The notes under the pieces are model-generated. The model did not search any database, was not told where the DNA came from, and saw only the letters and a list, made by a program, of their open reading frames with translations. A stretch of 64,000 nucleotides of DNA from Bacteroidales bacterium (lineage in GTDB: Bacteria; Bacteroidota; Bacteroidia; Bacteroidales; CAIWKO01), in the NCBI GenBank assembly GCA_023228145.1, contig JALOBU010000002.1, positions 19,218 through 83,217 on the forward strand, written 5' to 3'. Below are positions 19,934 to 31,779 of the stretch, piece by piece. How positions within the stretch are numbered: the stretch's first letter is position 1; the number at the start of each line of letters is the position of its first letter. Made by a program: the position numbers and the translations under genes.

Positions 19934-20797
19934 TTAAATTTTAAATTCTGTAAAACAATCCGATTTCAAAGAATAAACATAAGATTTTACTTTTGCTGCC
20001 CATTCTTTATCTGAAAATCTTTTGTCAAATAATGAATAAGGTATAGGCTTGCCAAAAATAATGTTTATTTTTTTATCTTTTTGTTTATACACTTCATCAA
20101 CAAGATAGAGCATCTCAATATTTGATTTAATTCCAATTTTCACTCTGAATTTTGCAAAGTTATAGAAAAAATCAGAGTTGCGGCCTTCCATATAAACGGG
20201 TATAATATCACGTTCGTATTTTCGTGCATAGGAAATGAAAGTTTTTTTCCACTCCAGATCATGAATAACTCCCCGTTTTTGCCTTCGCGATACCAGGCCT
20301 GCAGGGAAATAAAGAATGGTGGCATCAGAGTCAAAAGTATCATTTATTATTTTGACATTCTGGGCATTGCTCCCATGCTTATTGATGGGGATAAAAAGAC
20401 TCTTCAGATTTTTAACATTCATAAGAAGGTCATTCACGGGGAACAAAATATTTTTCCTTATTTTTCCGGCTATATGCATCAGGGCAACCCCATCAAGGCC
20501 TCCGAGTGGATGGTTTGAGGCAATAAGTACCCGTCCTTCTGCAGGCAGGTTCTCTATTCCGGAAACATTTAATTCTTTGATAAACTCCTTTACAATACGC
20601 TCAACGAAATCAAGCCCGAAAAACTGATTGTTTCTGTTAATAAAATCATTGATTTCATCCTGATGCAATATTCTTTTCAGATAATTAATAATAAAACGAG
20701 GTAAAATCTTTAAAAGTTTTGGGTTTTTATTCCCGATAACTCTCTCGATTTCAATAAATTTTTCAGGAGTTTTGTCCTGAATATTATTTCCCTGCAT
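19934..20797 (-). CDS. PlsC-family O-acyltransferase (OlsA/GlsA-like)
   Basis: NHPLGGLDG (HX4D), FPAGLVSR, WKKTFI. Confidence 0.85.
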   Translation of the reverse strand: MQGNNIQDKTPEKFIEIERVIGNKNPKLLKILPRFIINYLKRILHQDEINDFINRNNQFFGLDFVERIVKEFIKELNVSGIENLPAEGRVLIASNHPLGGLDGVALMHIAGKIRKNILFPVNDLLMNVKNLKSLFIPINKHGSNAQNVKIINDTFDSDATILYFPAGLVSRRQKRGVIHDLEWKKTFISYARKYERDIIPVYMEGRNSDFFYNFAKFRVKIGIKSNIEMLYLVDEVYKQKDKKINIIFGKPIPYSLFDKRFSDKEWAAKVKSYVYSLKSDCFTEFKI

Positions 20798-20875
20798 ATA
20801 AACAACACTATGTATTAACTGTCTGTAAAATTAACAAACTTTTTCTAAGCAATGTAAGTTTAATTTCCTTGGGTA

Positions 20876-21532
20876 TTAACCTCTTTTCCTGAGGTGGTGA
20901 TTAATAATGATTTCGAATTTTGTTGAATCAAGAAAGGTATCGAAACGAAGATGGTCTTTTCTTTCATTGTTTTTTCCGGCCATAATATCGTCATGAAATT
21001 CATTCAGAATAATTTTCCATGGCAACTCGGTGCAATAAAATTCGGAACTATCATCAATATTAAAAGCATTATCGAAAGGAATTTTTTTTGCGAGATAGTC
21101 TTTCGCTCTTTTGCTGATAGCAGACAAAGGTTTATTTATTTGGGGCTTATATCTTATGACTATCACAGAATTGTAATGACTGTCTTTAATAAAACTTTTC
21201 AGATCCTGAGATTGGACTCCGTCAACATCAGACAGGGTGCTTGATACTGAATGAATTATTGAATAATTTGTATCGTCTTTACATACGATGGCACAATGCG
21301 AAATGTCATATTTCTCCCCGAGTTGTTCTACAATTAAATCACTTACCAACCCATACCCATGTCTTAAAATAAGGTCTCCATCATGAATTTTATTTATTTC
21401 TTCTTTAGTAAGTGTATAGCTAAAAAAAGATTGTTCCTGCATGCTACGGTTTTCGTATGCATGCAGGAACAATCTTAATGATGCAGCCATTGATATAATT
21501 GTAATGAAAAAAACAACCAGTATTCTCTTCAT
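20876..21532 (-). CDS. Permuted papain-like NlpC/P60 enzyme (YiiX/YebB-like)
   Basis: GDLILR, SHCAIV (His) before FYCTEL (Cys); N-terminal hydrophobic anchor. Confidence 0.85.
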   Translation of the reverse strand: MKRILVVFFITIISMAASLRLFLHAYENRSMQEQSFFSYTLTKEEINKIHDGDLILRHGYGLVSDLIVEQLGEKYDISHCAIVCKDDTNYSIIHSVSSTLSDVDGVQSQDLKSFIKDSHYNSVIVIRYKPQINKPLSAISKRAKDYLAKKIPFDNAFNIDDSSEFYCTELPWKIILNEFHDDIMAGKNNERKDHLRFDTFLDSTKFEIIINHHLRKRG

Positions 21533-21559
21533 TAATCAATGACCATTAGGGACAATTAA

Positions 21560-21982
21560 TTATTCAACAGCAGCGGTTGTATCAACAGCAGTTGTATCTT
21601 CAACAGGAATATCTTCGCCAGTACCTTCTTTTTTCTGCTCAACTAACCATTTGCCATCTTTCTTTACTAAATCTAAAGTTTCTTCTTTGCCATCAGCTGT
21701 ATATTTACATGCTGATTTGTCTTCTGTTGTTTCGCATTTCAGGTTTTCAATTTTTACTTCTTTCACTTCCTGTGCTCCACCAACACCTGAAAAACTCTGC
21801 ATCATGTCAAGCATCTGGCCAGTTTCTTCTGTGGCAAGTTTCTTAGCTTCAGCAAATTCTTTCTTGTTGAGGTGGTTCAGGTATTTTTCTGCTACTGCTT
21901 CGGGGGTGTCTTTTTTACCGCCGCATGAACTGATTGCTACAACTACGATAGCTGCAATTACTAAACTTAATACTTTTTTCAT
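21560..21982 (-). CDS. NTF2-like lipoprotein (DUF4878-type)
   Basis: Lipobox SSC; TPEAVAEKYL..EAKKLAT..LVKKDGKWLV. TACTTTTG -7 element at 22022-22029 (minus). Confidence 0.8.
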   Translation of the reverse strand: MKKVLSLVIAAIVVVAISSCGGKKDTPEAVAEKYLNHLNKKEFAEAKKLATEETGQMLDMMQSFSGVGGAQEVKEVKIENLKCETTEDKSACKYTADGKEETLDLVKKDGKWLVEQKKEGTGEDIPVEDTTAVDTTAAVE

Positions 21983-22152
21983 GTTTTCTTCTTTTTGGTT
22001 ATTAATTTCATTTTAACTTTGCAAAAGTAATAAAAAAAATACTCTTTTAACATTTTTTAAGAAATTTTTTTACTAACAACATCAATTGTTAGTAACTTTT
22101 TTAACTATTTAATTGAATTTCAATAAAATAAACAAAAATCAACTGGTAATAA

Positions 22153-22803
22153 ATGCAAAACTTAACGAAAATCATTGAATTTCTGAAGCAGAGGTTACAA
22201 AAAGAATTACCCGGCATATCTGCACATTCAAAAATGATTCCTCAGGTAAGGCACTTAGAATTTTTTCCTGTTCCGGAGACTGCCCGTAAAAGCAGCGTCC
22301 TTTTTCTTTTATTTAAAAAAAACAGTAAAATCTGCACCTTAATTATAAAAAGACCACCATATAATGGGGTTCACAGTTCACAAATATCTTTCCCGGGAGG
22401 TAGCTTCCAAAAAACAGATATATTATTGAAAAACACTGCCCTCAGAGAAGCGGAAGAAGAAATCGGAATTAACAAAAAACATGTCGAAATTATTGGAAGC
22501 CTCACAGAGCTATATATTCCTCCAAGTAATTTCCTTGTAAAACCATTTATCGGCTACACAAAATATTCTGAAAACTTCATACCGGATAAACGTGAGGTTG
22601 AAAAAATAATAATTACCGAAATAGATAAATTTATGGATGTAAAAAACCTCAAAACTAAAAAGATTAAAATTCAAAGCGGGCTTGACTTTGAAACCCCATA
22701 TTATGATATTTGTGGCGAAACGGTATGGGGAGCAACTGCTATGATTTTCAGTGAATTTACAGAAATAATGAAAGAATATGTCGGAACTTTATTTAAAAAA
22801 TAA
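22153..22803 (+). CDS. Nudix hydrolase, CoA pyrophosphatase family
   Basis: HSSQISFPGG, TALREAEEEIG, VWGATAMI. Confidence 0.9.
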   Translation: MQNLTKIIEFLKQRLQKELPGISAHSKMIPQVRHLEFFPVPETARKSSVLFLLFKKNSKICTLIIKRPPYNGVHSSQISFPGGSFQKTDILLKNTALREAEEEIGINKKHVEIIGSLTELYIPPSNFLVKPFIGYTKYSENFIPDKREVEKIIITEIDKFMDVKNLKTKKIKIQSGLDFETPYYDICGETVWGATAMIFSEFTEIMKEYVGTLFKK

Positions 22804-22876
22804 CCCTCAAAAAATCTGTGTTCTCTCCGAAGCAATATAAATTAGTATTTTTGGCTCTGATTTCACAACATAACAA

Positions 22877-24955
22877 ATGAGAAAGTTCTTAAAAAAACGA
22901 TATGGGTTTATAATCTTCATCTTATTTTATTCGGGATTCTTTTTTTTCTATAATTACAATAAAATACTGACTTATCGCCCCAAATCAATCCATCAGCACA
23001 GGCAATGCGATTGTTTGTCTTTTACATATAACTTTTATAAAACAGGAAATAGCTTATTTGAACCTCAACTAAACCTGAAAACAGGGAAGAACTTTTCCGG
23101 AAAAAATGCCTCGGAATTTCCCATTCTTTACTGGACTGTTGCAAAACTCTGGAAACTATTTGGATATCACGAGTGGATTTACCGCCTCTTTTTTGTTATT
23201 ATAATGTTCTTAGGATTATTTGCATTGTTCAGAATATTTGAAAACATCCTAAAAGATGTTTATTGGGCTATTCTTTTGCCCTTGTGGCTTTTTACATCAA
23301 CAATCATTATTTACTATGGAAATAACTTTTTAACCGATGTTCCGGGTTTGTGTTTTGCTTTTATTGGTTGGTACTTTTTCCTAAAATATGTAAATACTAA
23401 AAAATACTGGTTCATCATTGCAACATTGTCATTTTTCTGTTTAGCCATGCTTGTTAAAATAACAGCAGGAATCAGCTTTGCAGCTCTTTTAATTATCTTC
23501 ATTCTCGAATGGACAAAAATTATCCGATTTGACAGCAACTATATTTTCAAAAAAAGAATTCTTACACTATTACTATTTTTATTTGTTGGAATTATTGTCG
23601 CTTCCTGGTATTTATATGCGGTTTATTACAACAAAGTTCATGAGAATTATCTTTTTCAGACGGGAGTGTTACCTATTTGGAATATGAAATCTTCTGAAAT
23701 AACTATCATGTTCAGAATTCTTTTCGATTTTCAATTAAAAAATTATTTTCATACCATAGGGTTGATAATTATATTAGCTTTTTTTGTGATCGCCCTTTTA
23801 AATTTTAAAAAGCAAAACCGTTTTTTACTCATTCTCAATATAATAATTTTTCTTTGCTGCATAGGTGGTATGTCTTTATGGTTTGGGGCATATAATGTTC
23901 ATGATTATCACCTGATAAATTACTTAATATTCATACCCGCCACATGCCTGACATTTTTTAATTTTCTCAAGCAAAACTACCCCGATATTTTCTCTTCGCT
24001 TAAGTTCAAAATTGTAATGCTCGTGATTGTATTAGTTTGTGCACATTATGGAAAAGAAAAAACATGGGCAAGGTATTGCGGGCATAACAAACAGTTGTAT
24101 GACTATTCTTCATTCCTCTCGCGATGGGAGGTGGATTTTTACAGATATGAAAACTGGGCTTATGGAACCAGAATGGAAGCATACGAAACCATTACCCCGT
24201 ACCTTAGGGAAATTGGCATTACAGAAAATGATAATGTTTTTTCGTTACCAGATGCTTCCCCCAGTATCACTTTATACCTTATGGGGCAAAACGGCGTCTC
24301 CTTTATTGCAGAAAAAGGCCCGGATTTTATCCACATGATAAATCATTATAAAAGCCTAAATATTAAATATGCAATAGTTGGCGACACATCCATCCGTAAA
24401 GACCCTATGATTGCAAAGGTTCTTTCCGAAAAAATCGGCCAATATAAAAATGTGGCAATATATAAGATTTCTTACGATTATAAATTAAACAGTACTACAT
24501 TTTTTTGTGACAGTGAAACAACTGACTCCGCAGGAATTAACTTTATCGGGAATCCGGATTCTATTAAATTTGCAGTTGCTGACTCAAGAAGTGAAGAGAA
24601 AGCTCTAAGCGGTAAATATTCCGTTTGTTTGATTGATTACAAACAATATGGCTTTGTAACTACCTTGCCTTTTGTTACCAAAAATCAATATTTTGTTATA
24701 AGTGTTTGGAGATATTGCGAACAGGATACAGAGGCCGGAATATGTTTATCTGCAAAAAACTCAGAAGAGTTTTATAACTTCAGTACGGATGTGACTGAGG
24801 AAAATGATACCGGATGGGAAAAAATCAGATTGGTAGTTACTATCCCCAAAAATATGGACGGCAAAGAAGTTTCTCTTTATGTTTACAACCCTGATAAAAA
24901 CAAAAAAGTATTTTTTGACGACTTTGAAGTGAGTATCTTAAACTTTCAGGAATAA
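22877..24955 (+). CDS. GT-C membrane glycosyltransferase (ArnT/PMT-like) with C-terminal carbohydrate-binding-like domain
   Basis: Many TM segments; HQHRQCD and EFPIL motifs; soluble C-terminal beta-sandwich (SGKYSV..GWEKI..YVYNP..FFDDF). Confidence 0.75.
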   Translation: MRKFLKKRYGFIIFILFYSGFFFFYNYNKILTYRPKSIHQHRQCDCLSFTYNFYKTGNSLFEPQLNLKTGKNFSGKNASEFPILYWTVAKLWKLFGYHEWIYRLFFVIIMFLGLFALFRIFENILKDVYWAILLPLWLFTSTIIIYYGNNFLTDVPGLCFAFIGWYFFLKYVNTKKYWFIIATLSFFCLAMLVKITAGISFAALLIIFILEWTKIIRFDSNYIFKKRILTLLLFLFVGIIVASWYLYAVYYNKVHENYLFQTGVLPIWNMKSSEITIMFRILFDFQLKNYFHTIGLIIILAFFVIALLNFKKQNRFLLILNIIIFLCCIGGMSLWFGAYNVHDYHLINYLIFIPATCLTFFNFLKQNYPDIFSSLKFKIVMLVIVLVCAHYGKEKTWARYCGHNKQLYDYSSFLSRWEVDFYRYENWAYGTRMEAYETITPYLREIGITENDNVFSLPDASPSITLYLMGQNGVSFIAEKGPDFIHMINHYKSLNIKYAIVGDTSIRKDPMIAKVLSEKIGQYKNVAIYKISYDYKLNSTTFFCDSETTDSAGINFIGNPDSIKFAVADSRSEEKALSGKYSVCLIDYKQYGFVTTLPFVTKNQYFVISVWRYCEQDTEAGICLSAKNSEEFYNFSTDVTEENDTGWEKIRLVVTIPKNMDGKEVSLYVYNPDKNKKVFFDDFEVSILNFQE

Positions 24956-25089
24956 TTTATTATTAATCGCACAACTGATTCCATCTATAAACTTAATTTT
25001 TAATTAATTGCACTTTATTATTCAATTAAACTCTTTTCTATAGTTCGGTGTCTGAAGTTGTATTATTATTTTTGTTAAAAATTATATAG

Positions 25090-26274
25090 ATGAGCAATAC
25101 TCATGAAAAAATAAAACTTTCTCTCACAAAAGTTTTAGACTACGCACACGAACGTAACTATAAAGGCTACAATAAATATGACGCACTGGATAGTAAGTTA
25201 TTGATGTTTTTATCCTTTGGGAACAAATACCTTCGTTTATTATACAGTCAGGTAGTTATGCGCTCTCCTGTAAATATAAGACCTTTATTTTTTATTCCCA
25301 AAACAAGAAATCCTAAAGGTATTGCATTATTCGCCATAGCACACATGAATCGTTACAAGGCTGAACAAAATAATGAAGACTTAAAACGTGCAGAAAATTT
25401 ACTTGAATGGCTACTTCAAAATCCTTCAAAAACCGAATGGGGCATGTGCTGGGGGTATCAGCACCCATGGCAGGATGTTGGTTTTTTTGCACCAGCCCAC
25501 CTTCCCAACCGCGTCGTTACTTATTTTGTAACTACGGCAATGATGGATGCCTATGAATTAACTCAAAATATAAAATACCTTGAAGCAGCCAAATCCGCAC
25601 TGACATTTTTATTAAAAGCACCTAAAGTACTCTATGAAGATGATTCCATGAAATGTCTCAGTTATGTTCCTTCCGAAAAAATAAACTGGATAGTGATGGA
25701 CGTTAGTATTCTAACCGGCTCAATTGTGGCAAGGGTAAATAAATACATTAAGGATGAACAACTGTCAACAGAAGCCCGTAAACTTGTGAATTTTGTTGTG
25801 GACAAACAAACCGATTACGGGGCATGGTATTACACATACCCCGCTGGTGATCACCCGCGGAAACACGATAACTATCATACGGGTTATATCGTTGATGCCA
25901 TACTTGATTATATGGACCATACGGGAGATAATTCTTTTATGCAGCAATATCTAAAAGGTATTGAATATTACAAAAACAATCTTTTTCTTGCTAACGGAGC
26001 ACCAAAATGGGCTAATGACAAAACCCACCCCTTTGATGTACACGGCTCGGCACAAGGCATTATATCCTTTGTGAAAGCATCAAGGTTTGATAAAAGTTAT
26101 ATCACTCTTGCGGAAAAAATTGCCAGCTGGGCTATTGATAATATGCAACATAAAAAGAAAGGATATTTCTACTACCAGAAAACATCATTATTCCGGAAAC
26201 CATATACTCTGATGCGCTGGTCATGTGGCTGGATGAGCCGTGGACTGAGCATGTTGTTAATTTATAAACCATAG
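25090..26274 (+). CDS. Alpha/alpha-toroid protein typical of polysaccharide loci (function unknown)
   Basis: YKGYNKYDAL, RNPKGIALF, WGYQHPWQ, GAWYY, DNYHTGY, GYFYYQ, MRWS. Confidence 0.7.
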   Translation: MSNTHEKIKLSLTKVLDYAHERNYKGYNKYDALDSKLLMFLSFGNKYLRLLYSQVVMRSPVNIRPLFFIPKTRNPKGIALFAIAHMNRYKAEQNNEDLKRAENLLEWLLQNPSKTEWGMCWGYQHPWQDVGFFAPAHLPNRVVTYFVTTAMMDAYELTQNIKYLEAAKSALTFLLKAPKVLYEDDSMKCLSYVPSEKINWIVMDVSILTGSIVARVNKYIKDEQLSTEARKLVNFVVDKQTDYGAWYYTYPAGDHPRKHDNYHTGYIVDAILDYMDHTGDNSFMQQYLKGIEYYKNNLFLANGAPKWANDKTHPFDVHGSAQGIISFVKASRFDKSYITLAEKIASWAIDNMQHKKKGYFYYQKTSLFRKPYTLMRWSCGWMSRGLSMLLIYKP

Positions 26275-26313
26275 TTAAAGTCAGGATTTAGAATTATGAA
26301 TTCGGAATTGAAA
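26273..26313 (+). repeat. Degenerate heptamer array upstream of the four-helix-bundle gene
   Basis: agttaa agtcagg atttaga attatga attcgga attgaaa. Confidence 0.6.
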
Positions 26314-26326
26314 TTCTATTTATTTT

Positions 26327-26695
26327 ATGACAGAATTTGATTTAAAATTAAGAACACGAAAATTTGCAGTTCTGGTTTTTAAATTTGCTGAAAAAATGCC
26401 AAGAACTATTGGCAATGATATAATCGTTAAACAATTGCTCCGTTCATCAAGTTCAGTTGCTGCAAATTACAGGTCTGTAAATCGTGCAAAATCACAGGCT
26501 GATTTTATTAATAAACTCATTATTGTACAGGAAGAAGCTGATGAAACGCTCTTTTGGCTTGAATTTATATGTGATCTGGAAATAATCAAAAATAAAAATG
26601 AATTAACTATACTGGCTAATGAGTGCGAACAATTATTATCAATAATCACAAAATCTATAATAACATCGAAAAATAAAAGGAATACAAACAAATAA
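26327..26695 (+). CDS. Four helix bundle protein (TIGR02436 / 23S rRNA IVP-like)
   Basis: QLLRSSSSVAANY, DFINKLIIVQEEADETLFWLE. Confidence 0.92.
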   Translation: MTEFDLKLRTRKFAVLVFKFAEKMPRTIGNDIIVKQLLRSSSSVAANYRSVNRAKSQADFINKLIIVQEEADETLFWLEFICDLEIIKNKNELTILANECEQLLSIITKSIITSKNKRNTNK

Positions 26696-26723
26696 TTCTG
26701 ACTTTTAACTTCTGACTTCTGAA
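26696..26723 (+). repeat. Heptamer array downstream of the four-helix-bundle gene, inverted relative to the upstream array
   Basis: ttctgac ttttaac ttctgac ttctgaa. Confidence 0.7.
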
Positions 26724-28025
26724 ATGAAAAAAGTCCTTTTCATAACATATTACTGGCCTCCGGCAGGCGGGGCACCAATTAACCGCATCCTGAAATTTTA
26801 TCAGTACCTTCATGATTTTGGTTGGGAACCCATCATATTGACTACAGAAAACGGTGATTTTCCTTTTGAAGATGAAAGCCTTCAAAAAGAAGTCAGGTCA
26901 AATACTAAAATATACCGTTCTAAAGGCTTAAGCCTTCATAAGATATTTAGTTCGGTTTCTCCGAAATCTAAAAAGAACTTCCTTCCTTATGGGTTTACTG
27001 ATGCTTCAAAAAGCACCCGTATGGACAAACTTTCACGCTGGGTGAAGTATAACTTTATTCCAGATACACGTTTCCCATGGTACTTTTCCACTGTCAGTAA
27101 AGCGGTAAAAATTATTTATGAAGAAAAAATTGACTTGATTTTCAGCTCATCTCCCCCACAAACAAACCATATCATTGCACGTAAAGCCGCAGCCAAAACA
27201 GGGCTACCCTGGGTTGCCGATTTCCGCGATCCCTGGACAGATGTCTTCTGGCTGTTGAATAACTCTATCAGGTGGAAATGGATACATAATATTGATAAAA
27301 AGATTGAGAAAAAAACCATTGACAAAATGGATGCAATTATCACTGTAGGGCCATCACTTGTTCAGATTTTAAACCGGAAAACCACAAAAAAAATTCACCT
27401 GATAAGTAACGGTTTTGACGATACCTATTTTTCGGAGCTCACATATGAAGCAAATACCAAATTTCGAATAACTTATGCCGGGAGCCTCAGCAAGGAACAA
27501 GACCCTCAGTGTTTTTTTGATACCCTTGAAATACTTAAATTAAATAAAGAATTTTTTGACAATACTGAGTTGGAGTTTCTGGGCAATTTCCCCATTTATC
27601 TTCATGACATCGTGGATGCATCTCCTTATAAAAATCACACACATTTTTCTCCTTATACTTTTTATACCGATTCACTTAAAAGTATTGCTGCATCAGAGCT
27701 TTTACTACTTATCATCCCTAAAACAGATGATAACAAATGCATCATCACCAGCAAGCTTTTTGATTATATGGGAGCGCAGCGGCCGGTGCTGGCCTTTGGC
27801 CCTGTGGATGGAGATGCTGCAAGCATTTTGAGAGAAACAGGTGCAGGACAAATTTTCGATTACTCAGATATAAAAAATGCTTCCGAGTTTATTCTTTCTG
27901 AATTTAATAATTGGAAAAACAAAACTAATTCATACCAAGCTGATAAAAATAAGATCAAACAATTCACAAGGAAAAACCTCACTAAAAAACTTGCGGAGAT
28001 TTTTGATTCGTTAGTAAAAAAATAA
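26724..28025 (+). CDS. Glycosyltransferase family 4
   Basis: KKVLFITYYWPPAGG, PWVADFRDPW, ISNGFD, SKLFDYM. Confidence 0.9.
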   Translation: MKKVLFITYYWPPAGGAPINRILKFYQYLHDFGWEPIILTTENGDFPFEDESLQKEVRSNTKIYRSKGLSLHKIFSSVSPKSKKNFLPYGFTDASKSTRMDKLSRWVKYNFIPDTRFPWYFSTVSKAVKIIYEEKIDLIFSSSPPQTNHIIARKAAAKTGLPWVADFRDPWTDVFWLLNNSIRWKWIHNIDKKIEKKTIDKMDAIITVGPSLVQILNRKTTKKIHLISNGFDDTYFSELTYEANTKFRITYAGSLSKEQDPQCFFDTLEILKLNKEFFDNTELEFLGNFPIYLHDIVDASPYKNHTHFSPYTFYTDSLKSIAASELLLLIIPKTDDNKCIITSKLFDYMGAQRPVLAFGPVDGDAASILRETGAGQIFDYSDIKNASEFILSEFNNWKNKTNSYQADKNKIKQFTRKNLTKKLAEIFDSLVKK

Positions 28026-28033
28026 GATTCAGG

Positions 28034-28444
28034 TTATTTTAATTCCTCTTTACTCTGAATCACGGGTAAAAGAAATTTTTCAAGGTAAGGTTGAATAAAA
28101 TCCAATAAAGGGCTATACACATTAATTAACTTCAATGATTTATCGTAAAAATCCATTGCAGCCTGCTTTTGATCAGCCTTTAAAGCACGGGCTATGCATG
28201 TATTTATCAGGCAATGGGCAGCTGTGGAATCGGCTAAAGATTTGCCATTTTCAAATATCATCCCAATCAGGTCATCTGCTGTACCATCAGGTATGCCACA
28301 AGTATTATGGCTTATTCTGGCAAAAAAAACATTATCGGATTCGTTATTATCCTGCTGGGCAAAAATATCACTACTAACAAGAAACATCATGCAAAAAAAC
28401 ATTAAGGCGCTTTTAAAGTTTTTCCTCATTCTTATCAATTTCAT
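28034..28444 (-). CDS. Exported hypothetical protein
   Basis: Signal-peptide-like N-terminus (IFA|QQ); fills the gap between convergent and divergent neighbours. Confidence 0.6.
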   Translation of the reverse strand: MKLIRMRKNFKSALMFFCMMFLVSSDIFAQQDNNESDNVFFARISHNTCGIPDGTADDLIGMIFENGKSLADSTAAHCLINTCIARALKADQKQAAMDFYDKSLKLINVYSPLLDFIQPYLEKFLLPVIQSKEELK

Positions 28445-28529
28445 TTAACAAAAATAACAAAATCACTGTTAATACAGACAACCTGATATAACAACGCCAT
28501 TTTTTTCAATATTTATTATATTTGTCTAA

Positions 28530-30590
<2,061 letters not shown>

Positions 30591-30620
30591 ATCTTATATT
30601 TGTAACCTAATTAATTTGTT

Positions 30621-31196
30621 ATGAATATCGAACAATGCATTAATGAATCTATTGAAGTTAAAAAACGTTTGCTGGAAAATACTTCTCTGTTAAATACCAT
30701 TAATGAAATAAGTATGCTGGCAGTTGAGGTATTTAAGAATAACGGGCGTATTTTGTTTTGCGGCAACGGTGGAAGCGCTGCAGATGCCCAGCACATTGCC
30801 GCCGAATTATCGGGGCGTTTTGCTTTCGACAGAGAACCCCTTGATGCCGAAGCTTTGCATGTAAATACATCCTATCTTACAGCCGTAGCTAATGATTATA
30901 ATTTTGATGAGGTTTATGCAAGGTTGGTAAAAGCCAGGGGCAGACAAGGAGATATGCTCATAGCACTTTCCACATCAGGAAACTCCCCTAACATAATAAA
31001 TGCTGTTGATGCAGCAAAAAAATGTGGCATTATTACTGTCGGATTGACAGGAGATAGTGGCGGAAAGATAAAAGATGTAGTGGACTATCTCATTAACGTG
31101 CCTTCAAGCGAGACACCCCGTATACAGGAAGCCCACATACTTATCGGCCACATTTTCTGCATGTTGGTTGAAAATAAATTATTTAAAAGCAAGTAG
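30621..31196 (+). CDS. gmhA: D-sedoheptulose 7-phosphate isomerase
   Basis: CGNGGSAADAQH, STSGNS, RIQEAH. TATATTTG -7 element at 30595-30602. Confidence 0.95.
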   Translation: MNIEQCINESIEVKKRLLENTSLLNTINEISMLAVEVFKNNGRILFCGNGGSAADAQHIAAELSGRFAFDREPLDAEALHVNTSYLTAVANDYNFDEVYARLVKARGRQGDMLIALSTSGNSPNIINAVDAAKKCGIITVGLTGDSGGKIKDVVDYLINVPSSETPRIQEAHILIGHIFCMLVENKLFKSK

Positions 31197-31212
31197 AAAA
31201 TTAATTTTATTT

Positions 31213-31779
31213 ATGTTGTTACGTTTAACCGACAGGCAAAAATGGACACTGTTTCTTGACCGTGACGGAGTAATAAATAAGAAACTTCAGGATGATTACG
31301 TAAAGAATTGGCAAGGATTTGAATTCCTTCCCGGAGTTATTGAGGCTTTGTCCCTCTTAAAAAAGTATTTTGACCGTATTATTGTAATTACCAATCAGCA
31401 AGGCATAGGAAAAGAATTAATGAGTGAAAAAGATTTAAAAAATATTCACAAACATATGTGCAATGTGATAGAAAACGGTGGTGGTAGAATTGACAGAATA
31501 TATTTTTGTCCAGATGTAAACTCTAAAAATGACTCCTGCCGCAAACCAGGCATCAAAATGGCGATGATGGCTAAAGCTGATTTTCCAGAGATAGACTTTC
31601 AACATACAATCATGATTGGAGATTCAATTACTGACATGAAATTTGCAAGAAATATCGGTGCTTTAACTGTATTCATCAGCAATAATAAATCATTGCAAAA
31701 TGATAATAAACAACTTATTGATTACGTTTTTAATAACCTAAATGAATTTGCTAAATATTTGTATGATATCAACCATTAA
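31213..31779 (+). CDS. gmhB: Heptose-1,7-bisphosphate phosphatase (HAD-IIIA)
   Basis: FLDRDGVIN, TNQQG, CRKPG, MIGDS. Likely ATG at 31213. Confidence 0.85.
   Translation: MLLRLTDRQKWTLFLDRDGVINKKLQDDYVKNWQGFEFLPGVIEALSLLKKYFDRIIVITNQQGIGKELMSEKDLKNIHKHMCNVIENGGGRIDRIYFCPDVNSKNDSCRKPGIKMAMMAKADFPEIDFQHTIMIGDSITDMKFARNIGALTVFISNNKSLQNDNKQLIDYVFNNLNEFAKYLYDINH

Noticed and set aside
26327-26695. Possible diversity-generating retroelement (Avd-like protein)
   Set aside because: No reverse transcriptase gene, and I saw no template/variable repeat pair in the window.
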